A program made the translations under genes and the position numbers. Of a stretch of DNA of 64,000 nucleotides, positions 12,801 through 25,440 are shown piece by piece. Below the pieces are notes generated by a model. It searched no databases. It was not told where the DNA came from and was given only the letters and a program-made list of their open reading frames with translations. The first letter of the stretch is position 1. The number at the start of each line of letters is the position of its first letter. Origin of the DNA: Epiperipatus broadwayi (lineage: Eukaryota; Animalia; Onychophora); assembly GCA_028023455.1 (NCBI GenBank), contig JAQFVV010000005.1, positions 14,756,001 through 14,820,000 on the forward strand. The letters run 5' to 3'.

Positions 12801-14700
12801 TCAAAACAGATACATGTAATTGACCAACTTTATCCAGTATCAATGGTTCCTTTTCTTAAAAGGAATAAACTTCCTTCTTCTCTATATAATCTATGACCTA
12901 TTTCAATATCTTCCCTTATCATCAAACTAATAGAGTCTCTTAAAAGACAAAATTCAACTCCTTATTCTTCCTGTAATGTCTAAATATCAATTTGCCAAGA
13001 AGGGGTGCTCTACTTCTGAAACACTTATTTTATTTAAAATGATAATAGATGATGTAAGACATGCAAGAAAATCAGCACATATAGTCATACAATTGGACCT
13101 AGAGCCTGCATTTGATTTTGTGCCTGTGGCAAGGCTACTAGAGATTTTCAATCAACATAATATTCCCATACCAATAATTTATATACTACCCAATCTCTTT
13201 ATTAATAGAAAGACTCATATTACATTTAATGGAAAAATAATCCCTGGCTCCCCCCCCCATAACTCAATACTGCAAGGTTCTCCCCTGAGTTCACTATGGT
13301 TCATTAGATATATTAAATCCTTTCTACTTGAAATAGATTCTAAATTACCAGGAATATATGTACCCCTTATTAAACAATCAATCAATCTTATTTTATTTAT
13401 GAATGATATTGTCATTTTCCTCCCTTCTAAAAAATATCTTCCTAAAATGTACACTATATTAGAAAATTACTCTGAAGTTTATTCTTTGAAATTTAACAAA
13501 AAAACCATATATTTGCAGTATCCTTTCTGGTAATCAAATCTGTTCAGTTGACAGTTCTCCTCATCATACATTTCTGGGATTCCCAATTCACCCTCCTATG
13601 AATGCAATGAGATTAATGATACAAAATTAACTAATAACTGTAATTGAAAAAGTAATAAACTCACTTCAAATACATAACTCTCATTGCATAGTAAAATTTC
13701 ACTCAGTAACATACTAATATTTCCAAAAATTAATTATTATGTACCTATCATTAAATTCACCACTTTATTCACAAAAAAAATTAACTCACTTTGTACAAAA
13801 TTAATATAGAATAAAAAAAAATAGTTGCTATAAGCATTAAAAGTTTGCAAAAACATTCAAGACTAAATGGCCTGTCTTTACACTGCATTTCAACATTTTA
13901 TTTTCAGAAAACATTTAATGCATTAACCAAGTTTGGCACTATATATCATAATTTTCAGGTGTTCATACCCATATCTCCTACAGATACTCCACCTCCTATT
14001 AAAAATAAATTTATCAATAACCTGGTTAAGCTCATTTTTAAGCATAAAGATACTGCTTCTAATGTTTTCAACAAAAATTAAATATTGAGAAGCTCATTAT
14101 ATAGCCACTAATTCCAATCTCCTTGAAATACCCATTTCTTTCCTTACTATCTCAAATAAATCCATTATCCATAGATTCAGATTTTGGTACTTGGAGCCTA
14201 AATACCTAGATTTTTTAATAAAAATTAATCTGAAGGCTCTACCTACAAATGCTTTTCTGTTTGAGAAAATGACATTTGCTAATATTGATGCTATTTGTTC
14301 TTTATAGTGAGGATGAAATATTGTAACACTTTGTCTCTCATTGTAAATCCCTACACATATTGTCAACTTATTTCAGTAATTATACATAATCCAAATTCTT
14401 CTTTAAAGAACTTAATAGGAAATATTCAGAGAGGGTTGTTTCCAACTATAAGACTAACAATCTATATCTTATTCATCCTATGGTTTATTAGATGTCACTT
14501 TGTATTTAATTCCACATCATGTAAACTGAAATCCAAAATTAAAACAAGAGATCAAGCATTGGCTCCAATAAACATAGTATCAGCAATTTGGAGTTTGGTC
14601 CAATTACCAACACCACTGTGAAATAAGGATTATATTATGCTTCATTTGATTTTCATTTTATTTCTTTGTATTTATTGTATATATTGTTATAAATTAACAA
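9900..14700 (+). mobile_element. Decayed L1/Tx1-like non-LTR retrotransposon in the SDR intron
   Basis: ORF1 CCHC knuckle CFYCKARSHLIKEC (10390-10830). APE motifs IFLFTETK (~11560), IIMDDFN (11875-11895), ADH (12070). RT motifs PISISSLIIKL, LDLEPAFD, LQGSPLSSLWF, LFMNDIV (12890-13500). L1/Tx1-type LSLHSKISLSNILIFPKINY and LWFIRCHFVFN. Confidence 0.85.
12976..13533 (+). pseudogene. Reverse transcriptase core fragment of the L1/Tx1-like element
   Basis: ORF track: QFAKKGCST, LDLEPAFD, QGSPLS and FMND (decayed YADD). Confidence 0.88.
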
Positions 14701-15729
14701 TTTGCTGATATTTGCACATTGTTATGTAAAAATTATTGACATGCATGTATAATGCTTACTTTGATTGTTATAGTTTTATTTTAGAATACAGCTATTGTAA
14801 TTCCTTTATCCTTGTGCAAAAATGAAAAATTTATAATTTTATTTATAGAGTATGTAAAATACTTATGTTATCAAATAAAAGTTGTTTAAAATTATTAGTA
14901 GTAATAGTAGTAGCAGTAAAAATTAGCAACAAAAATAAATGTTACTCCACTTGAAAAACATAACTTAAGAATATTATTATATTAATGATTGTAGGTGCAG
15001 ATAATAGAAAGGTCTTCGGATGTGAGCATCAACTGAGAGTAGTAACTAAGCACTGCCTAGTCAGAGAGTCTTGTGAAATATGATGTTGATTCATTAAAGG
15101 TTAAATATTTTAGATAATATAAGCAATCATTTCTGGATGATCTCTGGAATGTTTTTATCTTTATCAGTTTTTTTTATCTCTTTGATGTCAGTCATTTAAG
15201 TTGTTATAGCATCTGCATGTCATGAACTTTTTATTTCATCAGTTTATCCCATATCATTAACAGCATGAGTGATCTGATGTGTTTGTGCAACCACAATCTC
15301 AAATACGCAGTGATTCTTATTTCCATTTTTTCTCTTTTTGTATTTGCAAATTATGTACAGAATCATCCCTGAGATAGCAGTAATAAAAGATTAGTTCAGT
15401 AAGACTGAAGTGCTTCATTGCAATCTTCCACAATATAATCAGCAATGATTGACATTGCAAATATATATCCTGCATAGTTTTGTGCAGAGTAGTGCATTCA
15501 GAATCAAAGGCCTATAGATTGAATCTCAGGTCTGTTACTTCTGGTGTTAGAACTTTTTAAGCCAGTAAGCAATAATTCATTGTGATATTTATTTACTTAC
15601 TGACACTAGATTATGTCAAAACAGGCAAAACTCACTATATATATTGCCACACACAGCAAGCTAGAGTAATCAATGGATGCCAGAAGACTTGTGCATAAAA
15701 TCCCCATCTAGTGCCTACTCATCCAATAT

Positions 15730-15769
15730 CCCCAGACTAGTTTCTGGCTTGTGGCTTTCATCAGTGAGG
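15730..15769 (-). ncRNA. Type I hammerhead ribozyme (H1)
   Basis: Reverse complement CCTCA CTGATGA aagccacaagcca GAAAC TA GTC TGGGG. Confidence 0.72.
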
Positions 15770-15801
15770 AGTCTTGGATCTGAGAGCACTGCACCTAGCC
15801 A

Positions 15802-15841
15802 CCTCACTGATGAAGGCCACAAGCCAGAAACTAGTCTGGGG
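15802..15841 (+). ncRNA. Type I hammerhead ribozyme (H1)
   Basis: CCTCA CTGATGA A GGC cacaa GCC A GAAAC TA GTC TGGGG; GUC cleavage triplet. Confidence 0.8.
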
Positions 15842-17054
15842 ATATTGAATGAGTAGGCACTAAAGGGGATTTTATGCACAAGCCTTTCGCCATCCATTGA
15901 TTACTCTAGCTTGCTGTGAGTGGCAATATGTATAGTGAGTTTTGCCTGTTTTGACAACAGTTATACACAAGCATAAGAAGTGGTGGTCATGTGATGTTCA
16001 TTGACTAGATTATGTCTAGAGATTTTCTCAGCAAATGATTGCCTAGTTGAGCATTTTTATTGCTAACTATCTTACTTCACTTCCTCACAAAGATGGAAGA
16101 GCCTAAAAAATGGCTTGCATTACAGAATCCATTTAGATCACCATATAATAGAACATTCTCATTCACATATGTGCAGTCGAAATTAGTAATACATATATAT
16201 ATATATATAAACTTTGGATAGATGTAGACTGTACTTGTACTATCTAAAAAAACTCATTATTTAATCACTATACCATGCAAAAAGCTGATCAATCTCTTTT
16301 CAGTGGTCCCAACACATAACAGAATCATATGAAATTAAACAAATGCATAGGAATATATGGGTTTGAGGTTTGGCTGTATTAAGATGAACTGTTGTGTTTG
16401 TGTGTGAGAGGTAATGATCTAACAGTGAATGTTTTAGGTATTGCGATTGGCTCTTGTATTTTTCCAAGTTTGTTTATATAATTATATATTTAGATATTTG
16501 GTTTATTATTCAAAGTTCAATAAATAAATAAAATGAATTTTGTATGACTGTGTATTGTTTGAAGTTCAGCCTTATTGAGATGGGCTATTGTGATAAGTGA
16601 ATGTTTTAGGCATTGTGATTAAAGTGTGCATCAATGCAAGTATGTTTATTTATTTACAGCAGTGGAGGTTAGGAGATATAAAGTTCTGAAGAAGATTGCT
16701 GGGGCAATCGAAACTGTAAGGGGGGGTGGTAAATAAAGCATTGTATAACAGTAGTAAAGTGCATGGATGATTTAGTATTATATGCTTTATTTATTTTGTG
16801 TAATTATTTATTTAATTACATGTTATATGGTTAGCAGTTTACTTTACAAATCATATATTTCCTATATATTTTCTTTAACCATTAATGTCTTTTAATTTAA
16901 GAAAACATTGTTTTAATACGTGAGAATGTATATGTAATTTAAGCTGATATTCATATGATGACCAGCAGTATGTATATATTTAAAACCATTATTAAACATT
17001 TTCCAAAATTAAAAAAATGTATGTTTTATTTATTTATTTTATCTTTCATTTTAG

Positions 17055-17118
17055 CCCTGGTTATATAAAAACTGAAATTTTTGAAAAGTCAGGGTATTCT
17101 GATGAAGAAGTTAAAAAG
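17055..17118 (+). CDS. SDR gene, internal exon, (R)PGYIKTEIFEKSGYSDEEVKK
   Basis: Flanked by ttttag and gtaaat. PGxIxT motif completes the SDR motif begun in the previous exon; phases are compatible on both sides. Confidence 0.88.
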
Positions 17119-17320
17119 GTAAATATAATTTAATTCAATTTAGATCATCTATGTGAATCCTGGTATTGGCTATGATAAATATTGAATACTTTCGTAATGA
17201 AGTGAGTAAAAGTTATTGCGATTACAATACCTCATTACATAAAATCAGTAATTATTTTTTGTAAAAATGTCTAATATTAATACAATGAAAAAGAGATAAT
17301 TTTATTTTAATCATATTGTA

Positions 17321-17638
17321 AGGTGACCGAATAAGGGATGTTTCACAACTGTGTGATTGAAATGTATATCCTTTCAAGTTTATTTACATTATTTCCAGAT
17401 GTGTGTTATGTAAAAAAGCAAAAATGTATATATGAATTTGTACATATTGAGTTGATATTCTGGGTCTAGTGTCCGAATATTCTAGCTCTCCACTGACGTG
17501 AGCCATAAGCTCGAAACCAGTTGGTCTGGAGATGAGAGTGTTCTGGGTAGATATTTTAAATATTTTCTCATACTGCACTTATTAATTAAGAGCTTGTTTG
17601 AGATATTGGTATGCTCTCTGTATTGCATTATTGTATTC
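17321..17638 (+). mobile_element. Candidate monomeric HHR element (H3)
   Basis: 318 nt containing the H3 HHR, flanked by CATATTGTA at 17312-17320 and 17639-17647 (short; may be chance). Confidence 0.4.
17487..17532 (+). ncRNA. Type I hammerhead ribozyme, family H3 (A9U variant)
   Basis: TCTCCA CTGACGT GAGC cataa GCTC GAAACC agtt GGTC TGGAGA. Stem I extends GAATATTCT/AGAGTGTTC across an internal loop. Predicted cleavage after C17526. Confidence 0.75.
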
Positions 17639-18479
17639 CATATTGTATACGTAATGGGGAAAAAGAAATTAATTTAAGAACTAATTTTTTTTAAAAAAAA
17701 AAAGCTTTATAGCGATGAAGTAAAGATTACATATGTACGTGCATATATATCAAATATAATCCAGAAAAAGAAATTAATTTAAAAAAAACATGCTGTTAAA
17801 CACAAGATTTTCTAATTAAGATGCATAAATTCATTATTGCTGAAAAAACAAAAGTATTAAGTGACTGTTGTGAACTCATTTTAAGCTTACCCATAAATAA
17901 TGGACTTGTCCAAACTACAAACTTATCAAGATCAAGTGAACGTACACTATAGCTGACTAATGAAGTTGCAGTGAACGTTAATAAATAGCCAATGGGATAA
18001 TCATATCAACTGGAGAGCTAGGTTAGTAAATCTATTTCCAGCAACAACAAAAAAAAGGGGGGGGGCTGGCTATATGTTGGAGGTTGGTTTGAAAGAGTAG
18101 ACAGACAATTGTCTAATATCAAAAGACATCCATTATTTGGTAGCAGTGAGGTAGACCCAAATCTGAAACGGAAAGCTTCTAGATACTATCATCATCATAC
18201 TTAAACATAAGCAAGTCATCTGTAGGTTGGAAATGTCAAGGTTCAAAAGAGGCATCACAACATCCCTTCCCAATCACTAGTTGTACTGTTAACAACTAAG
18301 CATTTGCAATTCACCACTTATAATGAAGATAAATTTCTGTATATTTATTTGTATATATTTTGTTACCTGTTTTATATATCTTGTTATTGTAGATATCTAC
18401 AATAAATAATTTAACATTTATTTATTGGATTGTGTTATTATTGAATGATTAGGACATTATTCCAGTAATAAAACAGATA

Positions 18480-20010
18480 TAATTATTACAGTTACAAAAA
18501 CAGGAAGCTGATAGTATAAAAGGACACGATGTTCAACAGAAAAATTGAGAGCTGATGGTAAGGTGCAAATTATGAAAGACCCGAAGCAGAGTTGATTAAA
18601 TGCTAAGCTGATGAATTGTTTCAGTGAGGCTGGCCATTGTAGCCAAAGACAGCCTAAACACTGAGAATAAATAGAATTAATCTTAATATTTTATAAATGA
18701 CATGGATATATCTAAGATATCTTATTATTTTTTGGTTATGGTAAATACATTAAAAGAGTTTATCCCCTTTATGCTATGATTTATATTAGTTGATTAAGAC
18801 TAGGTAATTTATCATTTTCTTAGAACTGCAATCAATTTATTGCAACTATATGAGAAAGAATTACTTCTGCATCAACGACATAGCAGGTGGTATAGTTAAT
18901 AGGATTTTCAAATTGAATAAAAAGCTAAAATATTTATTATAGTTCTTTAGAAAGTTTCAAATCATGCATAAGTCTTACAACCAGCGTACATTGTCAGAGA
19001 TATAGAAGCCTGCAACAGCATTACAGATAATGTAGCAGCCCTTAAAACAAGAACAAGAGATAGACCAAAATTTTATGTATATTAACATAGAAATCACTAG
19101 AAAAGGAATAATAGATCTTGGCTTGGTAAAGAGCTGAGAAAAAATGGTAAAAATATCACATATTGGCATAAGAAAATTTGATTTAAATAATCTAAGTGGA
19201 TGATCTTTGTATACTTCAAAAATATATATATAATAAATAAGATAGTGGAAAAAGAGATTAAAGAAACCTTATTATTATATTTTCACTAATCAATCAATTA
19301 TATGAATCTGAAAAATTGAAAGATTTCCCATAAAAGGCAATACTTGATATGTATTTCAGTTCCCAATTATATAAATACATTTAAGAATATTTTAGAAATA
19401 GGCATCAAGTTGAAAGTAAAAATTATGATTCCAATACAGATTTGTGAGTTAGCAAAGGATTGTGGGTATAACAGTTTAGTAGAGAAAAAATATAGTAGGT
19501 CTGCTGTTATAATAGATGAGGCAGCAATTATTGGAGGAATAACACTTATGCTATTAGAAAAATAATGGGATGCAAAACGGGTGGATGAAATAAAGACATT
19601 ATGAATACTAAATTAAAGGAAAGTATGAAAGTTGAATATATTTAAGATGTTTGAACTGACTAAAGCCAGATAGAACATTTTAAATTACAATGATAAGTAT
19701 TTTTGCAGTGGAAATACTAGTTACATGGTATAAAGAGTGAAATAAAGAATGGACATTCCAAAATCTGTACAGAAAATGAGAGAGAAAAGAGGTCAAAAGT
19801 ACATATATAAATTGTAGCAAACAGAAAGAGAAGAAATGTTGATGAAGTTGAACAGGAATTCATGTATGGTATTGATATTAAAATTGGATTGAAACCAGTT
19901 TTATCTAAAAGTAAAAATCTGGAATTTAACATTCAGAGGTGTTGGTATAAATGGAAACAAATTTATATGCAAAGAATATATCTGGCAAAATAAGAAAACA
20001 TAAAATGACA
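18480..20010 (+). mobile_element. Highly decayed LINE-like remnant
   Basis: Fragments FMYINIEITRKG and GLKPVLSKSKNLEFN resemble the RT C-terminal region; many stops. Confidence 0.35.
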
Positions 20011-20271
20011 ATGTGATGTGATGTATTGTGGCTTCTCCTTAAACGAAGTCAAGAATATCTAAGCAATTATTATCTTTGTATGTTACAGTATATTCACCAA
20101 GTGGTTTTTTCATGAACTATATTAAAATACATGTATTTATGGTTTATCTATTCCAGGAATATGGCCTAAAGTAAAGTTACCATCTAACATATCATTAAAC
20201 CTGCTATTTGCTTTTCATTGATCCATATTATTAAAAAAAAATTGTCAGTTCTATGATCTAACAATGTGAAA

Positions 20272-20353
20272 CCGCCTTGCAAGCAAGTAGTTGGTTGCAG
20301 ACGGGTGTGGGTTCGCGTCCCGGCCGATGTTATGACATATGAAAAAAAAAAAA
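20272..20353 (+). mobile_element. 5'-truncated copy of the same SINE
   Basis: Near-identical to 37565-37650, including the B box and poly(A). Confidence 0.85.
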
Positions 20354-21559
20354 CTGCTTAATCTAAATATTCTTTTCATGAGCTGAGCAATTTTTATGTC
20401 ATTCTTATTTTTTAAACGGAAATTTTATATTCAATATTTAGATCACTTTAATCTCTGACAGTTTTAACTTTCTAGTTTGGGATCAATTATTTTATATGTT
20501 AACATTCGCTTTTTAAATCCATTTCTAGTTCAAGGCTAAACTTATTATGCAATATATACATAGAATAATTATTTTTTAAATACAGCATTTTCATTACTAA
20601 AGATATTAATAAATAGATAAGAAAACTAAATGGCAACAAAATCTTTACAAGATGTAAAAAAAAAAGATGTCCAACAAAGTCGTGGAAGACAGCATTTTAA
20701 ATGATGCACAAAGTACGTCAGCCGATGATTGACATTTTATATTAGCAGGAATTGTTTCTAATAGTAAAACATTAATATGGGCTTTTTGTATTTTTCAAAA
20801 TTATTTCATGTTTTAATATGTTTTGTTCTTTCTAAAGATATTTTTAATAATAATTAAACTAAAAATAATTTTATCTTTCCACAGGCTTTATTTAAATTGA
20901 AGTCATTTATATGAAAAATTATTTGCAAAATTTAAGCCTTTAGTTAGTCTGAATGGTTAGTGTTATTAATATGAAAAATATTTACTTATATAAAATGTAT
21001 AAAGAACATGTTAAATACAGGAATTTATAAAGTTATATCTACTTCATCTTTAAATTTAATTAAAGTTGATACCATTGAGAAAATAAATTTAATTTCTTAA
21101 ATATTAGGTGAACTTAATTAGCAAATAAGTCTTATAAAACTTGTTTAGATTTGCTATTCATTGTTCAAATCTAATTTAATAGAGAAAAGTATATATTGAA
21201 TGATTTCTACATTGAATATGGTCATTTTATGTGACACCACTGTAATACAAAGCAATAGAAAATATTTAATTGATAGAGAGTTGCTTTATCCATTAGGAAT
21301 TAAGTTTAATATAATCTGAAAAAATCAAAGTGAAAAATTGAATTCAGAGTTATTTTTCACAATTGTTTAAATTGGAGTAAAAAGAAAGAACAAATGAGAT
21401 TTATTAGAGAATGCCAAAACAGTAAATTGTAAAATGTATAAATCACCATTCACATAAAGAGAAAAGGTAAAGAAAGCAGTAGAAAGACTAATTAAAAAGA
21501 GTACTGACTCTAATTCTGATTGGATCATTCCTGTAGTGATTATAACCAAATTTAATAAC

Positions 21560-21842
21560 CAAATATAAATTTGTAGTGATTATATGGTAATGATAAAAAA
21601 ATTTAAACATATATGGACATATTGCTAGAAGAGATGATAATAGATGGACAATTGAAAATCTTAAACGGGATTCCAAGAGATTGTAAAAGACCCAGAAAAA
21701 GACCACATGTGAAATGGATGGATGAAATAAGAAAGTGTGCAGGGTGATGTGGAGAAGAGAAGCTAAGAATTGGAGAAAATGGATTGAACTTGGAGAGACC
21801 ATCCTGTAGTGGATTGATAATGGTTGATCATGATAATGATGC
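21560..21842 (+). mobile_element. RTE-clade LINE 3' fragment
   Basis: YGHIARRDDNRWT, IPRDCKRPRKRPHVKWMDEIRKCAG, WRREAKNWRKWIELGET, then a TGAT-rich tail. Similar to 40090-40255. Confidence 0.85.
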
Positions 21843-22497
21843 ATATCTACTGTCAAAATGTAATGGAAATGCTGATGTCTCCTAAGATTTTTAATATTTT
21901 GTAAAATTGATTTCTGGCAGATATTGTAGGTAAATAATTAGCTGAAGTATTGACTCATGTGAGTCATATGATTCTTTACAAATGTAATTATTTAATGTTT
22001 AGAATTGCATAAGCTTCAGTAATCAATGTTTTTCAAATGGCAGTAGGGATGGAAAAGTAAAATTGCATTGCCATTTGCTTAAAAACTGATTTCTCAATTT
22101 TCAGTAGATAGTCTGGAGCATTATTCTTGCTTATAAGATTGTAAATTTTAAAATAGTACCTAATGAAGTTATTCACCAATAATGTTTCTAAATCAAATAG
22201 ATTATTTATGATTGCTGAATAATAATTTTACATTTTATCTATGTATAAATCAAATAAATAATTCTAACATGTATTGAACAATTGCTATTTTGAATCTCTG
22301 AGGTGGGCCTATTTAGAATACTGTAAGGTAACATTCAGTATTGCCATAAATAGGTCTGCTTTAGTGTTTGGTGGCTAAAATTTTATAGAGAATTGATATG
22401 TTTACTCTGTGCTATATAGATTAGAAACAATTCTGAATTAAAATGTATTTTGTGCCATTGATAATAATAACTTTTTAATCATATACCCTCTTATTAT

Positions 22498-22638
22498 AAC
22501 AAAAAAATCCAAGTCAGATGTCACATGACTTAATTTAATAAGCTTGTATTTACAAATGTTATATATAGAGCTCACAAAATAAGCTCTTAACAAGCCTTGA
22601 AAGCTTGTTAAGAGCTTATTTTGTGAGCTCTATATATA
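22498..22638. mobile_element. Minimal PLE-type inverted insertion
   Basis: Near-perfect ~38-bp arms around 22597-22601, ~60-nt tail at left containing GTCACATGAC. TSD ACCCTCTTATTAT at 22485-22497 and 22639-22651. Confidence 0.8.
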
Positions 22639-23810
22639 ACCCTCTTATTATTATTAAAAAAAATTGCATGCAGTCCACACACCTAAATCATCAAAAATTA
22701 TTTGGAATACAGATAATATAATTCCTGTTATTGTTAAGCATATTCTGTTAGATGCTTACATTTCCCTGAAGAGTAACAGACTCTAACCTTCAGAGTCTGC
22801 AAACTCTCAAGCAATAAACCAATTATGTTTTTTTTTTGTTAGATTTAATATAAAATTAACACATACATATCTACATAAAGTATTTCTACTTTTATTTAAC
22901 ATTTTATTTATAAGAAGCTATACTTTTCCAAATATTATAAAAGAATATTTAATTATATGATTTGTTTTTTTTAATATTATGAACTTACATTTTAAAATAA
23001 AATCAACTCATTACATATTTTTATGTTTGCACTGAACCATTTTTGCACATGTTTACAGTTGCACATTCATCACTTCACTAATCATCATTTTATATTGTTA
23101 TAATATGACCATTAAATAAGCATCATCTTGGAATACAAAAAGAGAAATGCACACTCTAAATCCATTATTCGAGACCTCTAATGTTATTAAGTTATAGTCT
23201 TAACTAGAGATAACTTTTTATCTAATTTTACATTTGAGTTCTTTATATCTTTAGTATCCCAGACTAATACATCTGTACATAATTACAGCTGTGAGTATGG
23301 AAGAACTGTAATATTGCACTATTCCTAGTTGTTTGATAATAGTTTTGTAATACTAAAATAATTAATTGATTCATTTGCTCGATTTATTGACAAAAGATTA
23401 ATTAAGTTTTTTTTCTATAGATGCATAATTTGTAATGGCAGATAAATTAAAATCACCCAGAGTGCACTTTGAGAAGATTAATAACTTATGAGATTATGTA
23501 GCTCAAAATGTTTTCTCATAGAAGTAAACATGGGAATGTTAGTAGTTCAGAATTCTCAAAATTGGATTATAAAAGTTTCAGATAAACATGTGACACAAAT
23601 CTAAAACTAGCAAAAATTCTAAAGGACTAAAGTGATTGAAAATCCCCAAAATATATTTATTTTAATTATCCCAATGTGTATGCAAAATTAGATAACATTT
23701 TAAACAGTGTTTCTAAAATCATTGTTTATATCATAAAATATAAAAAATAACATTAAATTATAAATAACATTTTTTTAAAACAAATCTAAATAAATAATTT
23801 TTTTTTTCAG

Positions 23811-23978
23811 TTTTATAAGGATTTTGGAGAAAGATATCCTTTGCGAAGACTAGGAGAACCTGAAGATGTAGCAAAAGCTTATGCATTTCTTGCATCTGAT
23901 TTGGCATCATTTATATCGGGAACAATGTTAGTAGTAGATGGCGCTGCAACTTCAGTACCCAGTTCAAGTCTTTTATAA
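23811..23978 (+). CDS. SDR gene, last coding exon (FabG-like C-terminus)
   Basis: Polypyrimidine tract + cag, then [55 protein letters not shown]-stop, matching the classical SDR P(L)xRxGxPEDVA...FLAS...FITG...VDG terminus. 5' exons (Rossmann GxxxGxG, YxxxK) not found in the window. Confidence 0.92.
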   Translation, partial: FYKDFGERYPLRRLGEPEDVAKAYAFLASDLASFISGTMLVVDGAATSVPSSSLL

Positions 23979-24157
23979 AGTATTGATCTACATATTTTAT
24001 TATGATATCTACAAGACCATTAAAAATTGAAGTTATTGCAATATTTTTTGCTCTACTTAAGAAATGTTATTTTGGTTCATTTTTTAAATATCTTGTGTCA
24101 TTTTTATCTTTACCACTTTTAATCTATTTATTTTTAAATAACATATATAAACTAGTC

Positions 24158-24163
24158 AATAAA
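24158..24163 (+). promoter_or_regulatory. Candidate polyadenylation signal of the SDR gene
   Basis: AATAAA ~180 nt after the stop codon; common by chance in AT-rich DNA. Confidence 0.3.
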
Positions 24164-24514
24164 ATAATCAAAATTACCCAAGTTCACAACTAAACCAGAC
24201 TATCAAAAAAAAAAAAAAACTCTAGTTTCACTGTTACAGGCAGACTTTTTAAGTGTAAAGAACTATAAAATAACAATATATTTAAACTAAACATTACCCA
24301 CAATTCCACCTACTTTTCATACATCCTTAATATTAAAAGAACTTTTAAACAACAAGCATCACATGATCACATCTCCAATACTAGCACATAATTGTTTATA
24401 AACAAAGCAAAGCAAAACTCCATATAGTAGTGCCACCTGTGCTAAACAGAGTAATTAATGGATGCCAGAAGGCTTGTGCATAAAATCCTTATCTAATGCC
24501 TACTCATCCAATAT

Positions 24515-24554
24515 ACCCAGACTAGTTTCTGGCTTGTGGCCTTCGTCAGTGAGG
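24515..24554 (-). ncRNA. Type I hammerhead ribozyme (H1)
   Basis: Reverse complement CCTCA CTGACGA aggccacaagcca GAAAC TA GTC TGGGT. Confidence 0.75.
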
Positions 24555-24951
24555 AGCTTTGGATCTGAGAGCACTGCATCTAGATCTTAGGATCTAATGC
24601 AACCCTCTAGCAATCACCTTTTATCTCTATTTAACTACAAAACTATGAGCATGAAATTGGAAAACAAAAAATATTTTCAATCTAAGCTCAATAGCTTATA
24701 TAGTCATATGGGTCTGTACTCAGTTCAGCACTCATACATTTTGGTGTCTTTGGCTCTTTAACAACCATAGCCACCACTTCCCTATTAGGCAGGATTGGTG
24801 TTAAACGAGCAAGCATCACATGATCACATCTTCAATACTAGCACATAATTGTTTATAAACAAAGCAAAGCAAAACTCCATATAGTAGTGCCACCTGTGCT
24901 AAACAGAGTAATCAATGGATGCCAGAAGGCTTGTGCATAAAATCCAAAGCT

Positions 24952-24991
24952 CCTCACTGATGAAGGCCACAAGCCAGAAACTAGTCTGGGG
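24952..24991 (+). ncRNA. Type I hammerhead ribozyme (H1)
   Basis: TCCTCA CTGATGA aggccacaagcca GAAAC TA GTC TGGGGA, with stem I extension ATCCAA/TTGGAT beyond an internal loop. Confidence 0.82.
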
Positions 24992-25400
24992 ATATTGGAT
25001 GAGTAGGCATTAGATAGGGATTTTATGCACAAGCTTTCTGGCATCCATTGATTACTCTGTTTAGCACAGGTGGCACTACTATATGAAGTTTTGCTTTGCT
25101 TTGTTTATAAACAATTGTGCTAGTATTGGAGATATGATCATGTGATGCTTGCTGGTTTAACACCAATCCTGCCTAATAGGGTAGTGGTGGCTATGGTTGT
25201 TAAAAGCCAAAGACACCAAAATGTATGGGTGCTGAACTGAGTTCAGACCCATATGTAAGCTATTGAGCTTAGATTGAAAATATTTTTTGTGTTTTCAATT
25301 TCATGCTCATAGTTTTGTAGTTAAATAGAGATAAAAGGTGGTTGCTAGAGAGTTGCATTAGATCCTAAGATCTAGATGCAGTGCTCTCAGATCCAAAGTT

Positions 25401-25440
25401 CCTCACTGACAAAGGCCACAAGCCAGAAACTAGTCTGGGG
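25401..25440 (+). ncRNA. Type I hammerhead ribozyme (H1), core mutant
   Basis: Same motif, but the core reads CTGACAA (G8 to A); probably inactive. Confidence 0.6.

Larger units (their letters stand above)
15618..16003. mobile_element. H1 copy C: inverted insertion with tail and TSD
   Basis: Minus arm 15618-15798, plus arm 15799-16003. TSD ACTAGATTATGTC at 15605-15617 and 16004-16016. Confidence 0.9.

Noticed and set aside
15021-15092. CTGAGAG ... GAAATATG with ATCAAC/GTTGAT flanks
   Set aside because: No credible stem II and no NUH cleavage triplet.
15618-16003. MITE / TIR DNA transposon interpretation of the palindromes
   Set aside because: Ends are asymmetric (one-sided tail), arm lengths and centres vary between copies, TSDs are 12-15 bp, and one element carries a PLE endonuclease.
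17660-17782. GAAAAAGAAATTAATTTAA repeated around an 85-nt segment
   Set aside because: Could be a TSD, but it is low complexity and the insert has no recognisable identity.
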